IMG/VR virus record: IMGVR_UViG_2568526086_000004
Span: 1-36,154 of that record
Length of the DNA: 36,154 bases
Direction: 5' to 3' (one strand)
Origin: a virus
Lineage: Duplodnaviria > Heunggongvirae > Uroviricota > Caudoviricetes
Part shown: positions 10,109 to 18,789 of the stretch, piece after piece
Layout of the letters: every line of letters begins with the position of its first letter
How positions within the stretch are numbered: the first letter of the stretch is position 1
The notes under the pieces: model-generated
Told to the model about the DNA's origin: nothing
The model's input: only the letters and a program-made list of their open reading frames with translations
Database searches by the model: none
Translations under genes and position numbers: made by a program

Positions 10109-10522
10109 TTATCTGCTTGCAGGGAAAACAGGCCAAATAATATCAGGTGCGGTGCTGGTATCTGTTGCCGTCACAGCCTCGATATAATCCAGCACAACGT
10201 TAAGTCGGGTAGTTTCCTCTTGCGTCAGTTTGCGCCCGGCCTGCAGCTTTAACTGAATCACGCTGATATTGGCCATTGCTGCGTCTAACAGCGACTGTTT
10301 TTTCTGTTCAGCGTCAGCTACCAGTTCATCATGAGAACGTTCCTGGGTGGGTGGTGCAGTAAATCCCCCGTCTGAATAAACCCAGCCGATTCCGGGCTGC
10401 TCACTGATATCAGAAATATTAATGAGCTGCTGATTATCCGGCACTGTGAATTCAGCCTCGCCATCCCAGACAATGACATTCACAACCATCCCATTTTCAA
10501 TAACTGCATATGACGCATTCAT
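10109..10522 (-). CDS. G: Tail fiber assembly protein gpG (Tfa)
   Basis: Downstream of tail fiber gene H with an ATG/TAA overlap at 10520-10524. I chose the internal start MNASYAVIENG; the ORF track extends to 10546. Position is typical of P2 gpG. Confidence 0.8.
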   Translation of the reverse strand: MNASYAVIENGMVVNVIVWDGEAEFTVPDNQQLINISDISEQPGIGWVYSDGGFTAPPTQERSHDELVADAEQKKQSLLDAAMANISVIQLKLQAGRKLTQEETTRLNVVLDYIEAVTATDTSTAPDIIWPVFPASR

Positions 10523-12609
10523 TATGCAAACTCCTCGATAATACAAATCCCAGCTGCACCTTTCCCGCCTGTCATACTGGTTCCGCTATAACCGGCATCG
10601 TATGCGCCACCGCCACCTGAACCATATGCCTTACCACTAACACCACCGCCAGCGCCTGCGCGTCCACCGCCACCCCAGTGCGATGTTCCGCCTTCACCGC
10701 TGACGCCGATATTTCCGGACTGACCGTCGCCTCCATTTCCACCAATGATGTTGATACCGCCAGTACTTGGCACACCGCCGTTACCACCGTTCGTGTTTGT
10801 GACTCCTGATTTTCCACCACCTTCACCACCAGGGGCTATTACCGATCCGAACGAGCTATCACCGCCCTTGAGGCCGTTCGTCGCACTAACGCCGCCGGCC
10901 CCACCTGCGCCGATAGTGACAGGATAACTATCCTTCGTCAGGATCAGCGTGGTGATTACTGTCCCACCTGCCCCGCCGCCAGCACCGAAAAACGTTTCAT
11001 TATTGGATATAGCCTTGCAGCCGCCCCCTCCGCCACCGCCGCCCGTTATTGTGACCCTAATCCGTTTTGTTCCTGGCGTCGGGGTGTACGTACCTGATGA
11101 GGTGAAAACCCGGGTATTCAGCCAACGTCCAACGTATCCACTTGCATCGCTCAGACCAAGATATTGAATAACCGCCTGTGTGCTTGCTTTATCCAGAATA
11201 TTCCGTCCAACGTTAGTCAGGGTTGTCAGGCTGGCTGTATCATTCCCCGTAAAATACGGAAGTTTGTCTGCCGCAGTGGCAAGGCCTGCCAGTGCGGTCA
11301 GTGTGGCGTCGGCAGGTTGTTTTCCATTGGCAAGGTCATATACAGCCTTCACGGCTTTTGGTGTGGCAGCCTGCGTTTCTGACGTGCTGTTAGTAGCGCT
11401 GCTGAGTTGCACGGTGCCTTTTACCGTCAGTGAAGCTGCAGGCACATCCGTTATCTGATTCCACGGGTGTGTGTGACTGGCGGATGCTTTACCTGCTGCA
11501 AGATCATATGCAGCCCTCACGGCTTTTGGTGTGGCAGCCTGCGTTTCTGACGTGCTGTTAGTAGCGCTGCTGAGTTGCACGGTGCCTTTTACCGTCAGTG
11601 AAGCTGCAGGCACATCTGTTATCTGGCTCCACGGGTGCGTGTGACTGACAGGTGCCTTACCTGCTGCAAGGTCATATGCCGCCTTCACTGCCTTTGGTGT
11701 GGCAGCCTGCGTTTCTGACGTGCTGTTAGTGGCGCTGCTGAGTTGCACGGTGCCTTTTACCGTCAGTGAAGCTGCAGGCACATCCGTTATCTGATTCCAC
11801 GGGTGTGTGTGACTGGCGGATGCTTTACCTGCTGCAAGATCATATGCAGCCCTCACGGCTTTTGGTGTGGCAGCCTGCGTTTCTGACGTGCTGTTAGTAG
11901 CGCTGCTGAGTTGCACGGTGCCTTTTACCGTCAGTGAAGCTGCAGGCACATCTGTTATCTGGCTCCACGGGTGCGTGTGACTGGCGGATGCTTTACCTGC
12001 TGCAAGATCATATGCAGCCTTCACAGCCTTCGGTGTTGCGGCCAGTATTTCGGATTCACTGTTGGTCGCACTGCTTAACTGAGTAAAACCTTTTGCGGTC
12101 AGCGAGGCGTCCGGGTGACGTCGTGACTGTTCGTGCTCTGATATTTTGTCATCCACATACTTGCGGGTTGCCAGCACTACAGCAGGGTCGATTTTCAGGA
12201 TGATATTGTCCGTACTGCTGGTAATCAGCACCATGCGCACGGTCTGGGTACGCCCACTGCCTTCAGCCAGTTGCGGCTTATAGCTTTCCGGGCAGTTACC
12301 CACGGCAATCAATGCCCCGGACTCATCAAACAAGCCCACTTCACGTATCCACCAACCGCCCTCGTTTTCAGGGATCACCTGTTCAGCAATAATCTGGCTG
12401 CTGTTCTGCGGGTCGATATAAAGCATATTCAGCGCAGCCCGGCGTTTCTCATTTACCAGTGCCGTCTGCTTTGCGTCCGGCGTTGGCAATACTCCGCCGC
12501 CATCGCCCACCGCCATATGGGTAATTTTTAGCGGCACACCGAGCGCGGCGGCGCTGGCAAGTTTCGCCGCGCCAATATCCGTCAGCAGGGTATAAAATTT
12601 TGTGCTCAT
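10522..12609 (-). CDS. H: Tail fiber protein gpH with internal tandem repeats and a glycine-rich C-terminal domain
   Basis: 695-aa ORF. The first ~165 aa match the conserved P2 gpH N-terminal domain (MSTKFYTLLTDIGAAKLA...EHEQSRRHPDAS). About five ~56-aa repeats follow (ASLTVKGTVQLSSATNSTSETQAATPKAVxAAYDLAAGKASASHTHPW), then a Gly-rich C-terminus. Confidence 0.9.
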   Translation of the reverse strand: MSTKFYTLLTDIGAAKLASAAALGVPLKITHMAVGDGGGVLPTPDAKQTALVNEKRRAALNMLYIDPQNSSQIIAEQVIPENEGGWWIREVGLFDESGALIAVGNCPESYKPQLAEGSGRTQTVRMVLITSSTDNIILKIDPAVVLATRKYVDDKISEHEQSRRHPDASLTAKGFTQLSSATNSESEILAATPKAVKAAYDLAAGKASASHTHPWSQITDVPAASLTVKGTVQLSSATNSTSETQAATPKAVRAAYDLAAGKASASHTHPWNQITDVPAASLTVKGTVQLSSATNSTSETQAATPKAVKAAYDLAAGKAPVSHTHPWSQITDVPAASLTVKGTVQLSSATNSTSETQAATPKAVRAAYDLAAGKASASHTHPWNQITDVPAASLTVKGTVQLSSATNSTSETQAATPKAVKAVYDLANGKQPADATLTALAGLATAADKLPYFTGNDTASLTTLTNVGRNILDKASTQAVIQYLGLSDASGYVGRWLNTRVFTSSGTYTPTPGTKRIRVTITGGGGGGGGCKAISNNETFFGAGGGAGGTVITTLILTKDSYPVTIGAGGAGGVSATNGLKGGDSSFGSVIAPGGEGGGKSGVTNTNGGNGGVPSTGGINIIGGNGGDGQSGNIGVSGEGGTSHWGGGGRAGAGGGVSGKAYGSGGGGAYDAGYSGTSMTGGKGAAGICIIEEFA
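11265..12108 (-). repeat. Coding tandem repeat array (~168-bp unit, ~5 copies) inside tail fiber gene H
   Basis: Near-identical DNA blocks recur with a 336-bp period for the best-matching copies (for example ccacgggtgtgtgtgactggcgga at ~11461 and ~11797). They encode the repeated fiber motif. Boundaries are approximate. Confidence 0.8.
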
Positions 12610-13211
12610 GGATTCACTCTCATTGTGTCAATAACATGGACCGCCCCGCCTTCATGCGCGGTGCCACCGGAAATAATCGTTTCGTTGATATACGGATAGA
12701 TCGTGATTTCTTCGCCAAGATAGCTGGCGGCTCCCACCCAATGCGGGCCGCTGGTCTGCAGATTGATGGACATGCCGATCATGTGGCGGCTACATGGTTT
12801 GGCATCGCTTATCAGTCGCTCAAGTTCCAGATAGGTATCTTCAGTGATACCCTGGTCCTGCACGCCGATATCCAGGCGAAACGTGCCCGGTGCCTCTCCG
12901 GTCTGCCACCACTCAATAATGCGGATCAGAAAGCCGAACGGCTCCACTACCCGCCGCACGGCACTGGTGGTCCCTTTATGCTGATGAATATAAAAAGCAT
13001 CCTTCACCACCTGGCGCTTGACGCTTTCTGTCCAGCCCTCGTCCCAGCGATCTACAGAGAACGCCCAGGCGAGATAAGGCAGGAAACTGACCGGACAGGT
13101 TGCCGGATTCCACAAGTCACGAAGCGGCACCTGCAGATCAGAAATCCCGCTGCAGGTTTGCGCCAGTCGGCGCTCCAGTGGTGTTGAACCCGGTGGCAGC
13201 AGACTATTCAT
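12606..13211 (-). CDS. I: Baseplate protein gpI
   Basis: 201-aa ORF between J and H, overlapping the H start. Fits the P2 order J-I-H. Confidence 0.85.
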   Translation of the reverse strand: MNSLLPPGSTPLERRLAQTCSGISDLQVPLRDLWNPATCPVSFLPYLAWAFSVDRWDEGWTESVKRQVVKDAFYIHQHKGTTSAVRRVVEPFGFLIRIIEWWQTGEAPGTFRLDIGVQDQGITEDTYLELERLISDAKPCSRHMIGMSINLQTSGPHWVGAASYLGEEITIYPYINETIISGGTAHEGGAVHVIDTMRVNP

Positions 13212-14112
13212 CCGTTCCTCCGTTGGTTACGCTCCACTGCGTACATGATGCCGCCTGTGTTTTGTTCAGGACCACATCCTCCAGAGGAGAAGCCAGCTCC
13301 ACACGCTGCACACCCTCAACATGCAGGGCGGCAAAGATGGCGCTACGGCGAATATCCCGACCAAGACGCGTCTGACTGGCGATGTACTTCTGCAGGCTGG
13401 CTTTTGCCGCTGCCATTACCGGCTCTGCTTCCGGTCCAGGATAGAGAAAAATGGTGGCTTCCACGCGATACGGGATGATTTCTGCGCTGCGAACCGTAAG
13501 ACGGTCAGCCACCGGGCGGACGTTCTCACTGTTCAGAGCTTTTTCCACCACGTCCAGCAGGTCTTTTTCTGCAGTTCCATCGCCTTCGCGGCTAAGGACA
13601 GTCAGCACCACCTCTGCAGGTGCCGGGCTGGTTGCACTGGCATCCGCCACCCGACCGTCGGCGCTTCGGGCATGAAATTCATAAGCTGCAGTTGGCCCCG
13701 CAACTGAAAGCCCTTCAAAGGCTGCAGGCACACGCAGGCGTAACGCTTCATCGCTTTCCATCACAGCTGCAACGGGCGGCACAGCGTCATTATCAGCAGG
13801 CGTCACCGTCAGGCGTTTCACGTTGTAGTTGGCAGCGAGCTGGTCAAGATCGCTGCCCATCGCGTAAGCCACCATCACAGCCTGCGCGGCTTCGTTAATG
13901 CGCTGGCGCAGAAGCAACTCACGGTAAGCGTTCTCCTGCAGCAATTTGGTGACGGGTTCAGATTCCAGTTCCAGCGTGCGGATCACTGCTTCCTGCTCAT
14001 CTTTCGGATGAAGCGCAACAAATCCGGCCTTGCGTTCGGCAAGCAGCGTCTCAAAGTCCGGCACATCCACAATCTGCGGCGCAGGCAACTGCGAAAGGTC
14101 AATCACTGCCAT
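13204..14112 (-). CDS. J: Baseplate assembly protein gpJ
   Basis: Using the internal start MAVIDLSQLPAPQ gives 302 aa, which matches P2 gpJ in length. The ORF track extends to 14151. The start overlaps the W stop. Confidence 0.85.
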   Translation of the reverse strand: MAVIDLSQLPAPQIVDVPDFETLLAERKAGFVALHPKDEQEAVIRTLELESEPVTKLLQENAYRELLLRQRINEAAQAVMVAYAMGSDLDQLAANYNVKRLTVTPADNDAVPPVAAVMESDEALRLRVPAAFEGLSVAGPTAAYEFHARSADGRVADASATSPAPAEVVLTVLSREGDGTAEKDLLDVVEKALNSENVRPVADRLTVRSAEIIPYRVEATIFLYPGPEAEPVMAAAKASLQKYIASQTRLGRDIRRSAIFAALHVEGVQRVELASPLEDVVLNKTQAASCTQWSVTNGGTDE

Positions 14113-14458
14113 TCTCTGCTCCTGTTGATACTGAAAGGGACACAGGCACACCGTTATTCCGCCGCCCGGTCAGCTCCACCACCATTGAACCGTCAAAATT
14201 GCTGTTAATAGTGATGGAATCCAGCGTCAGCCGTGGCTCCCAGCGACTCAGTGCCACATACACAGCCGACATAACCTGCAGGCGTAACGCCGGATTTTGT
14301 GGCTGATCTATCAGTGCCGACAGCAGGGAACCATATTTCCGACGGGCAATGCGGCTACCCTGCGGCGTCAGCAGAATGTCCCGCACCGACTGGCGCAGAT
14401 GGTCAATATCAGTAATGGCTTTACCGTTGGTATTGTTCATCCCGCTATAAAGCGTCAT
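14099..14458 (-). CDS. W: Baseplate wedge protein gpW (gp25-like)
   Basis: 119-aa ORF between V and J. Size and position match P2 gpW. Confidence 0.85.
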   Translation of the reverse strand: MTLYSGMNNTNGKAITDIDHLRQSVRDILLTPQGSRIARRKYGSLLSALIDQPQNPALRLQVMSAVYVALSRWEPRLTLDSITINSNFDGSMVVELTGRRNNGVPVSLSVSTGAENGSD

Positions 14459-15033
14459 ACCGGGCCTCCGGTTGTGTCGCCGCCTTTCAGGACGCCAGTA
14501 TGCTGATGCGCATCAACCACGATCCCGTTAGAACTCATTGCGCCACCCTCCTGGCTGACGCTGCCATTGATCACCATGTCGCTGTTAATACGCGTTCTGT
14601 CTGCTTCCACCACAAACTCACTGGTTTTGTAGGTGACGCTGTCTGCGGCCTCGATTACCACGGATTTGATGCCCCTGACATGCCAGCGTCCGGTGGCGGG
14701 TTCATACTCAAACCAGCCCCCGTCCAAGTACTCCGTCACACTGCCGTCCACAGAATCCGAGGGCGGTGGAAACTGATTGGAATAGATGGCGGGCAGCACA
14801 AAAGCGGTTTCCAGATTGCCGCCCATGCTCAGCACCACCACCTGCTCATCCGGCGACGGACACCACCATGTACGGGCACCACCGGCGCGCAGCGTCAGCC
14901 AGTTAATCCAGTTGGTTTCAAGCTCGCCTACCTTCACCCGGCACAGCCATTTCTTCCGATCCACTTCGGTGACTACACCTGTGCGGATCAGGTTGGTGAT
15001 AAGGCGCATGATTTCGGTCAGTTGTGCATTCAT
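14455..15033 (-). CDS. V: Baseplate spike/hub protein gpV
   Basis: 192-aa ORF that is the first gene of the V operon, preceded by a TGT-N12-ACA dyad. Position matches P2 gpV. Confidence 0.85.
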   Translation of the reverse strand: MNAQLTEIMRLITNLIRTGVVTEVDRKKWLCRVKVGELETNWINWLTLRAGGARTWWCPSPDEQVVVLSMGGNLETAFVLPAIYSNQFPPPSDSVDGSVTEYLDGGWFEYEPATGRWHVRGIKSVVIEAADSVTYKTSEFVVEADRTRINSDMVINGSVSQEGGAMSSNGIVVDAHQHTGVLKGGDTTGGPV

Positions 15034-15079
15034 GTCATTAACTTAAGTGTCATTCGCATCATCTACCAGTAGATAATGA

Positions 15080-15097
15080 TGTACGAAACATGGCACA
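15080..15097. promoter_or_regulatory. Candidate Ogr-dependent late promoter element (PV), TGT-N12-ACA dyad
   Basis: aTGTacgaaacatggcACAat lies upstream of the V start at 15033. Its spacing to the ATG is tight (about 55 bp from the dyad centre), so the exact promoter assignment is uncertain. Confidence 0.45.
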
Positions 15098-15125
15098 ATA
15101 AGGATACTTTTCAGAGGGTTACATA

Positions 15126-15878
15126 ATGAAAAAACAGATTGCAAAAAAAATAATCAATGTGATATTTCCTGAGTTTAGTAATAAAATAACTTGGCTCTTA
15201 GTTATAACTGGAATAGGTATAATCGCACTACCAATTCCATACTATCTAATGGCTCTTAATTTTTTAATTGATATTTATAATAAAAAATTCAATACAGATA
15301 TTGATATAATAAACATAGAAAACGGCAACCCAAGCACAGTAGTGGCCATCACTTTAATTGCTTTTGGATTAATCTACAACTTATTAAGCAAAGCACCTGA
15401 GTGGTACTTTGAAATTATTAAAGACAAAGAAAACAGAGAAGCATCGGAGAGAAAAAGAGACTCTGACGTTAAGTTATATAATGAGTTTATAAAATTATTA
15501 CCACCTGATTCGAAATCAATAGAATTTCTGAAAACCCATGACTTTGGTAATACTTTTCATAACTCCAACCTTAAAGACATGAGTACGTATTGCTATGAAT
15601 GGGGAAAGGCCAATCATCATTTTCATGATGATAACATAGAAAACAAATCAATTGAATTACTCAAAGAAATAACTAAATTTAACTATTTTTTATCCTGTCA
15701 CTCTGGATATTTAAACTGTAGCGAATTCATGTCTATACTTACCGACAGAGAGAGAGCCTCGTGGGATTTAAGCCCTGAGACATCTGAAACCATAAAAAAA
15801 GCTAACAAATGGGGAACTAAAATCCATAAGATGTACTGCGACTTCATTCTATTGTGTAAAAACAACCTCAGCATTTAA
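15126..15878 (+). CDS. AT-rich cargo gene (moron) encoding a 250-aa predicted membrane protein of unknown function
   Basis: It is encoded on the opposite strand to the flanking late genes V and S, in visibly AT-rich DNA. Two N-terminal hydrophobic helices (ITWLLVITGIGIIALPIPYYLMALNFLI and VVAITLIAFGLIYNLL) precede a soluble domain rich in Lys, Asn and Cys/His. Confidence 0.7.
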   Translation: MKKQIAKKIINVIFPEFSNKITWLLVITGIGIIALPIPYYLMALNFLIDIYNKKFNTDIDIINIENGNPSTVVAITLIAFGLIYNLLSKAPEWYFEIIKDKENREASERKRDSDVKLYNEFIKLLPPDSKSIEFLKTHDFGNTFHNSNLKDMSTYCYEWGKANHHFHDDNIENKSIELLKEITKFNYFLSCHSGYLNCSEFMSILTDRERASWDLSPETSETIKKANKWGTKIHKMYCDFILLCKNNLSI

Positions 15879-15914
15879 GTTGAAGAAATGGCAGACTTCT
15901 GCCATTTAACGTAT

Positions 15915-16367
15915 TTAATCTAAATTAGTAATCCATGAATATATAATGTCATTGACTACATTTACTGATACAGAACTAAAACCCAATAATTTGCGCTCTG
16001 CATAGCGGACCTCAGGTCCTTTGCTACTGACGCGATCGCGCAGACCGTAATGGTGAACACGGGCAATACGCTGCACCTTACCTTCAAACTGTACGCTGGC
16101 AGAGTCGGCGCTGGCGGCAGTTTTCAGGTATTTTGTGGTGCGCAGCTTTGCAAACATCTGACGTTTGATGCGCCCCTTTTTACTGCGTGCTGTTACCCGT
16201 CGAGGTTCATAACTGCTGCCATCTGGATTGCGCTGCATTCTGATATTCTGCTGCTGTGTCCGGCGCAGTTCCTGCGCCAGCTGGCGCATCATGCGGCTTC
16301 TTGCGGCTGGTTCCAGATTCGCCAGCAAAGCACTCAGCCAGTCGTCCACCTTCTGCAGTTCAGCCAC
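15915..16367 (-). CDS. S: Tail completion protein gpS
   Basis: 150-aa ORF, the same length as P2 gpS, overlapping the R stop. Confidence 0.85.
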   Translation of the reverse strand: MAELQKVDDWLSALLANLEPAARSRMMRQLAQELRRTQQQNIRMQRNPDGSSYEPRRVTARSKKGRIKRQMFAKLRTTKYLKTAASADSASVQFEGKVQRIARVHHYGLRDRVSSKGPEVRYAERKLLGFSSVSVNVVNDIIYSWITNLD

Positions 16368-16812
16368 GTTTCACCGTCCACATTTCTTCAGGTTCATCGG
16401 GTTCCGCTACAGCTTCAACACTCGACACACTGCCGTCAGTGCTGACCAGCACACTCTCCGTCAGTTGCAGGTTAAGGCTGATATCACAGACATCGTTGCG
16501 CAAAATATCCACCTCAAAGGTGAATAACTTTTCCCGTAACACCGGGTTATTGATTGCATCGGGCTGGTTATCCCGCAGCCACAGCAAAACCGGAGCCATC
16601 AACAGATTCTGGTCGCCGCTGAAATCCTCAATCACCGCGTTCAGGGTGTAACGGTACTCCCACGACATGGAGCTGGCCCCCGTGGCAACCAGCGAACCAT
16701 TATCCACAAACAGATGCAGTTTGTCCGGGTTATTGCGGACATAAGGCACTGCTTTATTGAGGGCGTGACGCAGGGATTGTGGTTTGTTCACTGTTTCGCT
16801 CCTGACACGCAA
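16360..16812 (-). CDS. R: Tail completion protein gpR
   Basis: 150-aa ORF immediately upstream of S in the minus-strand late operon. The start may be internal. Confidence 0.8.
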   Translation of the reverse strand: MRVRSETVNKPQSLRHALNKAVPYVRNNPDKLHLFVDNGSLVATGASSMSWEYRYTLNAVIEDFSGDQNLLMAPVLLWLRDNQPDAINNPVLREKLFTFEVDILRNDVCDISLNLQLTESVLVSTDGSVSSVEAVAEPDEPEEMWTVKRG

Positions 16813-17044
16813 TAATCATGTCCACTTTGTCTGCACAGACCGCCCAGGCGGCCTCCGTTTCATCCAGCAACGCGTTCAGATCACCGTTAGTGCGCGGCGT
16901 TGCCTGATCCAGCCGACACGGCGTCACTCGCGGACAACCACTGACGGTAAGCTGCACCTCCGGTGAGTGTCGGACGTTCCCGCAGCCGGATAATGTCAGC
17001 AGGCAAAGGTGTATCAGCCCAGCGGCGTAAATCCTCGTTCTCAC
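16754..17044 (-). CDS. lysC: LysC, o-spanin (Rz1-like lipoprotein) embedded in or overlapping lysB
   Basis: 96-aa ORF in an alternate frame overlapping the 3' part of lysB. It has a signal/lipobox-like N-terminus (LLTLSGC) and a Pro-rich mature region. Same length as P2 LysC. Confidence 0.75.
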   Translation of the reverse strand: MRTRIYAAGLIHLCLLTLSGCGNVRHSPEVQLTVSGCPRVTPCRLDQATPRTNGDLNALLDETEAAWAVCADKVDMIIACQERNSEQTTIPASRPQ

Positions 17045-17315
17045 GTTTCAGTTCCTCAATCCGGCGTTGTCGTTGTCTTAGCAGTGCACTGGCCTGTTCT
17101 GCTTCGGCATAGAGCCGCGCCTGCTCCCGGTTGTTGGTTTCAGCCAAAATGGACAGACCGTTCAGCTGGCTGTTTTTCTTCGTCAGTTCCTGCGCTTTAC
17201 TTTTCAGCGCCGCGCGCTGCGTTTCGATGGTGTGGCTGGCGCTGTTAAGCCGCCACGACTGCCAGCCCAGCGCAACGAGTGCCAGCGCCACCACTACTGC
17301 CAGCACACGCTTCAT
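16887..17315 (-). CDS. lysB: LysB, i-spanin (Rz-like)
   Basis: 142-aa ORF with an N-terminal TM helix (VLAVVVALALVALGW) and a coiled-coil periplasmic domain. It lies directly downstream of the endolysin gene. Confidence 0.8.
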   Translation of the reverse strand: MKRVLAVVVALALVALGWQSWRLNSASHTIETQRAALKSKAQELTKKNSQLNGLSILAETNNREQARLYAEAEQASALLRQRQRRIEELKRENEDLRRWADTPLPADIIRLRERPTLTGGAAYRQWLSASDAVSAGSGNAAH

Positions 17316-17827
17316 AGTCCAGCTCCTTTAAGGCACCAGGCCATCTCCCGCGCACGGCGGTTATACAGCCCCTGATTAAACACACCTTTTACATACACCC
17401 AGCGCGGCAACTGTCGGCACGCATCCGCCCAGCGCTGCTGATTGAGCAATTTCACCAGCGTGGAACTACAGGCATTGCCCGTCCCCACGTTGAAGGCAAA
17501 CGACACCGTAGCGTCATACACCTTCTGTGGTGGCTGTTGCTTCACACACCTTTCCAGTGCCCGCTCCACACGCAGCACGTTGGAGATCAGCCCTTCTGCT
17601 GCCTGTCGTTCCGTGATTGTTTTGCCGGGAATGACGCCCGATGTATTACCAATGCCGTCGGTCCAGACACCCGCGCTGCACTGATACGGCTGCAGACGAC
17701 AGCCTTCGTAATCGGCAATCAGTTTCAGCCCCTCCACGGAGGTGTGAAGCTGCTGAAAACCCGGCAGCGTGGCAGCAATAGCCAGCACGACCCCGACAAG
17801 GCAGCGTTTAACGATTGATGGATTCAT
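17312..17827 (-). CDS. K: Endolysin (T4-lysozyme-like muramidase) with a probable N-terminal SAR domain
   Basis: 171-aa ORF with the catalytic E-x8-C/D-x5-T signature (DYEGCRLQPYQCSAGVWTDGIGNT). The N-terminus has a Gly/Ala-rich weakly hydrophobic segment (CLVGVVLAIAATLPG). It resembles the P21 R class more than P2 gpK. Confidence 0.85.
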   Translation of the reverse strand: MNPSIVKRCLVGVVLAIAATLPGFQQLHTSVEGLKLIADYEGCRLQPYQCSAGVWTDGIGNTSGVIPGKTITERQAAEGLISNVLRVERALERCVKQQPPQKVYDATVSFAFNVGTGNACSSTLVKLLNQQRWADACRQLPRWVYVKGVFNQGLYNRRAREMAWCLKGAGL

Positions 17828-18023
17828 AGTCCTCCCGCGAGATCTGCCCGTCGCGCAGAAGCTGGTAGGCTTTGTGTTTGTAGTACCAGTTGATAGCCAG
17901 CATCAGCACACCAATCATCAGGCCGCCCAGCGTTGAGGCATCCTTGATGGACAAATCGCCCAGCCAGGCCAGCACAACGGCGATGCAGTACGTGATAAAG
18001 GCGCTGATTCGCTCAAGCGTCAT
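17808..18023 (-). CDS. Holin (71 aa, two TM segments; pinholin-like)
   Basis: Small two-TM protein with a charged C-terminus, immediately upstream of and overlapping the endolysin gene. Confidence 0.7.
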   Translation of the reverse strand: MTLERISAFITYCIAVVLAWLGDLSIKDASTLGGLMIGVLMLAINWYYKHKAYQLLRDGQISREDYESINR

Positions 18024-18026
18024 AAT

Positions 18027-18230
18027 TCAGTCCCATAGCTGGACGGTCTGCACGGTGGTGGTTGTCGGTATGTCCGGCAGCTCCACCTGCAGCCCGTGAG
18101 GTAAAAAGGGGCCGTATTCGGCAAGCCCCGGATTTGCCTTCAGTACCTGCTCCGTGACACCCTGCGTGCGCCCGTAATGACGCCAGCAAAGCGCGTCCAC
18201 CGTGTCATACTGATACGCACGCACTTTCAT
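18027..18230 (-). CDS. X: Tail protein gpX
   Basis: 67-aa ORF, the same length as P2 gpX, located between L and the lysis genes. Confidence 0.8.
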   Translation of the reverse strand: MKVRAYQYDTVDALCWRHYGRTQGVTEQVLKANPGLAEYGPFLPHGLQVELPDIPTTTTVQTVQLWD

Positions 18231-18757
18231 CAGATAAGCTCCACTGTGCAGTGCGGCGCATCCTGCACCCGGCTGATGGCCCAGCGGGCGTCACGCCACA
18301 AATCACCGCTTGCTTCCGCCAGTTCCTCGCCCCGCTTCACACCGGATGCCGTGGCGTCATAGTCCTGATAACGCTCGTTGAGCATGGCGCGTGCCCAGCA
18401 GTAAACCGCGTTGAAATAGTGATGAATGCGCTCACTTTTGCCGTCCAGCTGTTCAGCCGGAATCTCTGCCAGCGAGGAATATCCCAGCATCTGCTGGCGT
18501 CTGCGAAACTCATACAGCTCTGCGTTGACCTCCGAAATTGCCGACAGCGCAACCTGCTTTAAACGCGGCTGCGTCACCGTGCCGTCAGTGCGCATGACAC
18601 TGCGAAACTCCGACAGGTCCACATCAGGCCAGAACGGCGTATTTCTGATGATTTCCGCCTGTTCCGGTGCCTGTTCTGGCGCAACAAACTTCATGCTGCT
18701 TTCTCCTGAAATAGAGGGCGGTGGACGGGGTTTTGATGTAGCAGTGCCTTTCGCCAC
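18230..18757 (-). CDS. L: Head completion/stabilisation protein gpL
   Basis: 175-aa ORF downstream of M. The true start may be the internal MKFVAPEQ. Synteny M-L-X. Confidence 0.8.
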   Translation of the reverse strand: MAKGTATSKPRPPPSISGESSMKFVAPEQAPEQAEIIRNTPFWPDVDLSEFRSVMRTDGTVTQPRLKQVALSAISEVNAELYEFRRRQQMLGYSSLAEIPAEQLDGKSERIHHYFNAVYCWARAMLNERYQDYDATASGVKRGEELAEASGDLWRDARWAISRVQDAPHCTVELI

Positions 18758-18789
18758 CCCGTGCCGCCCGTGCGCGGGGGCACGTTCTG

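Noticed and set aside
10745-11167. Pro-rich plus-strand ORFs (PPPPPP runs)
   Set aside because: They are the antisense reading of the Gly-rich C-terminal coding region of tail fiber gene H (GGN codons read as NCC proline codons on the opposite strand).
11265-12108. Regular ~168-bp direct repeats that could be mistaken for a CRISPR array or a satellite
   Set aside because: The repeats are in-frame coding repeats inside tail fiber gene H with no unique spacers. The unit length and absence of short palindromic repeats are inconsistent with CRISPR.
14500-15072. 190-aa plus-strand ORF
   Set aside because: It is antisense to baseplate gene V and the start of W. His/Arg-rich shadow-frame composition, with no independent support.
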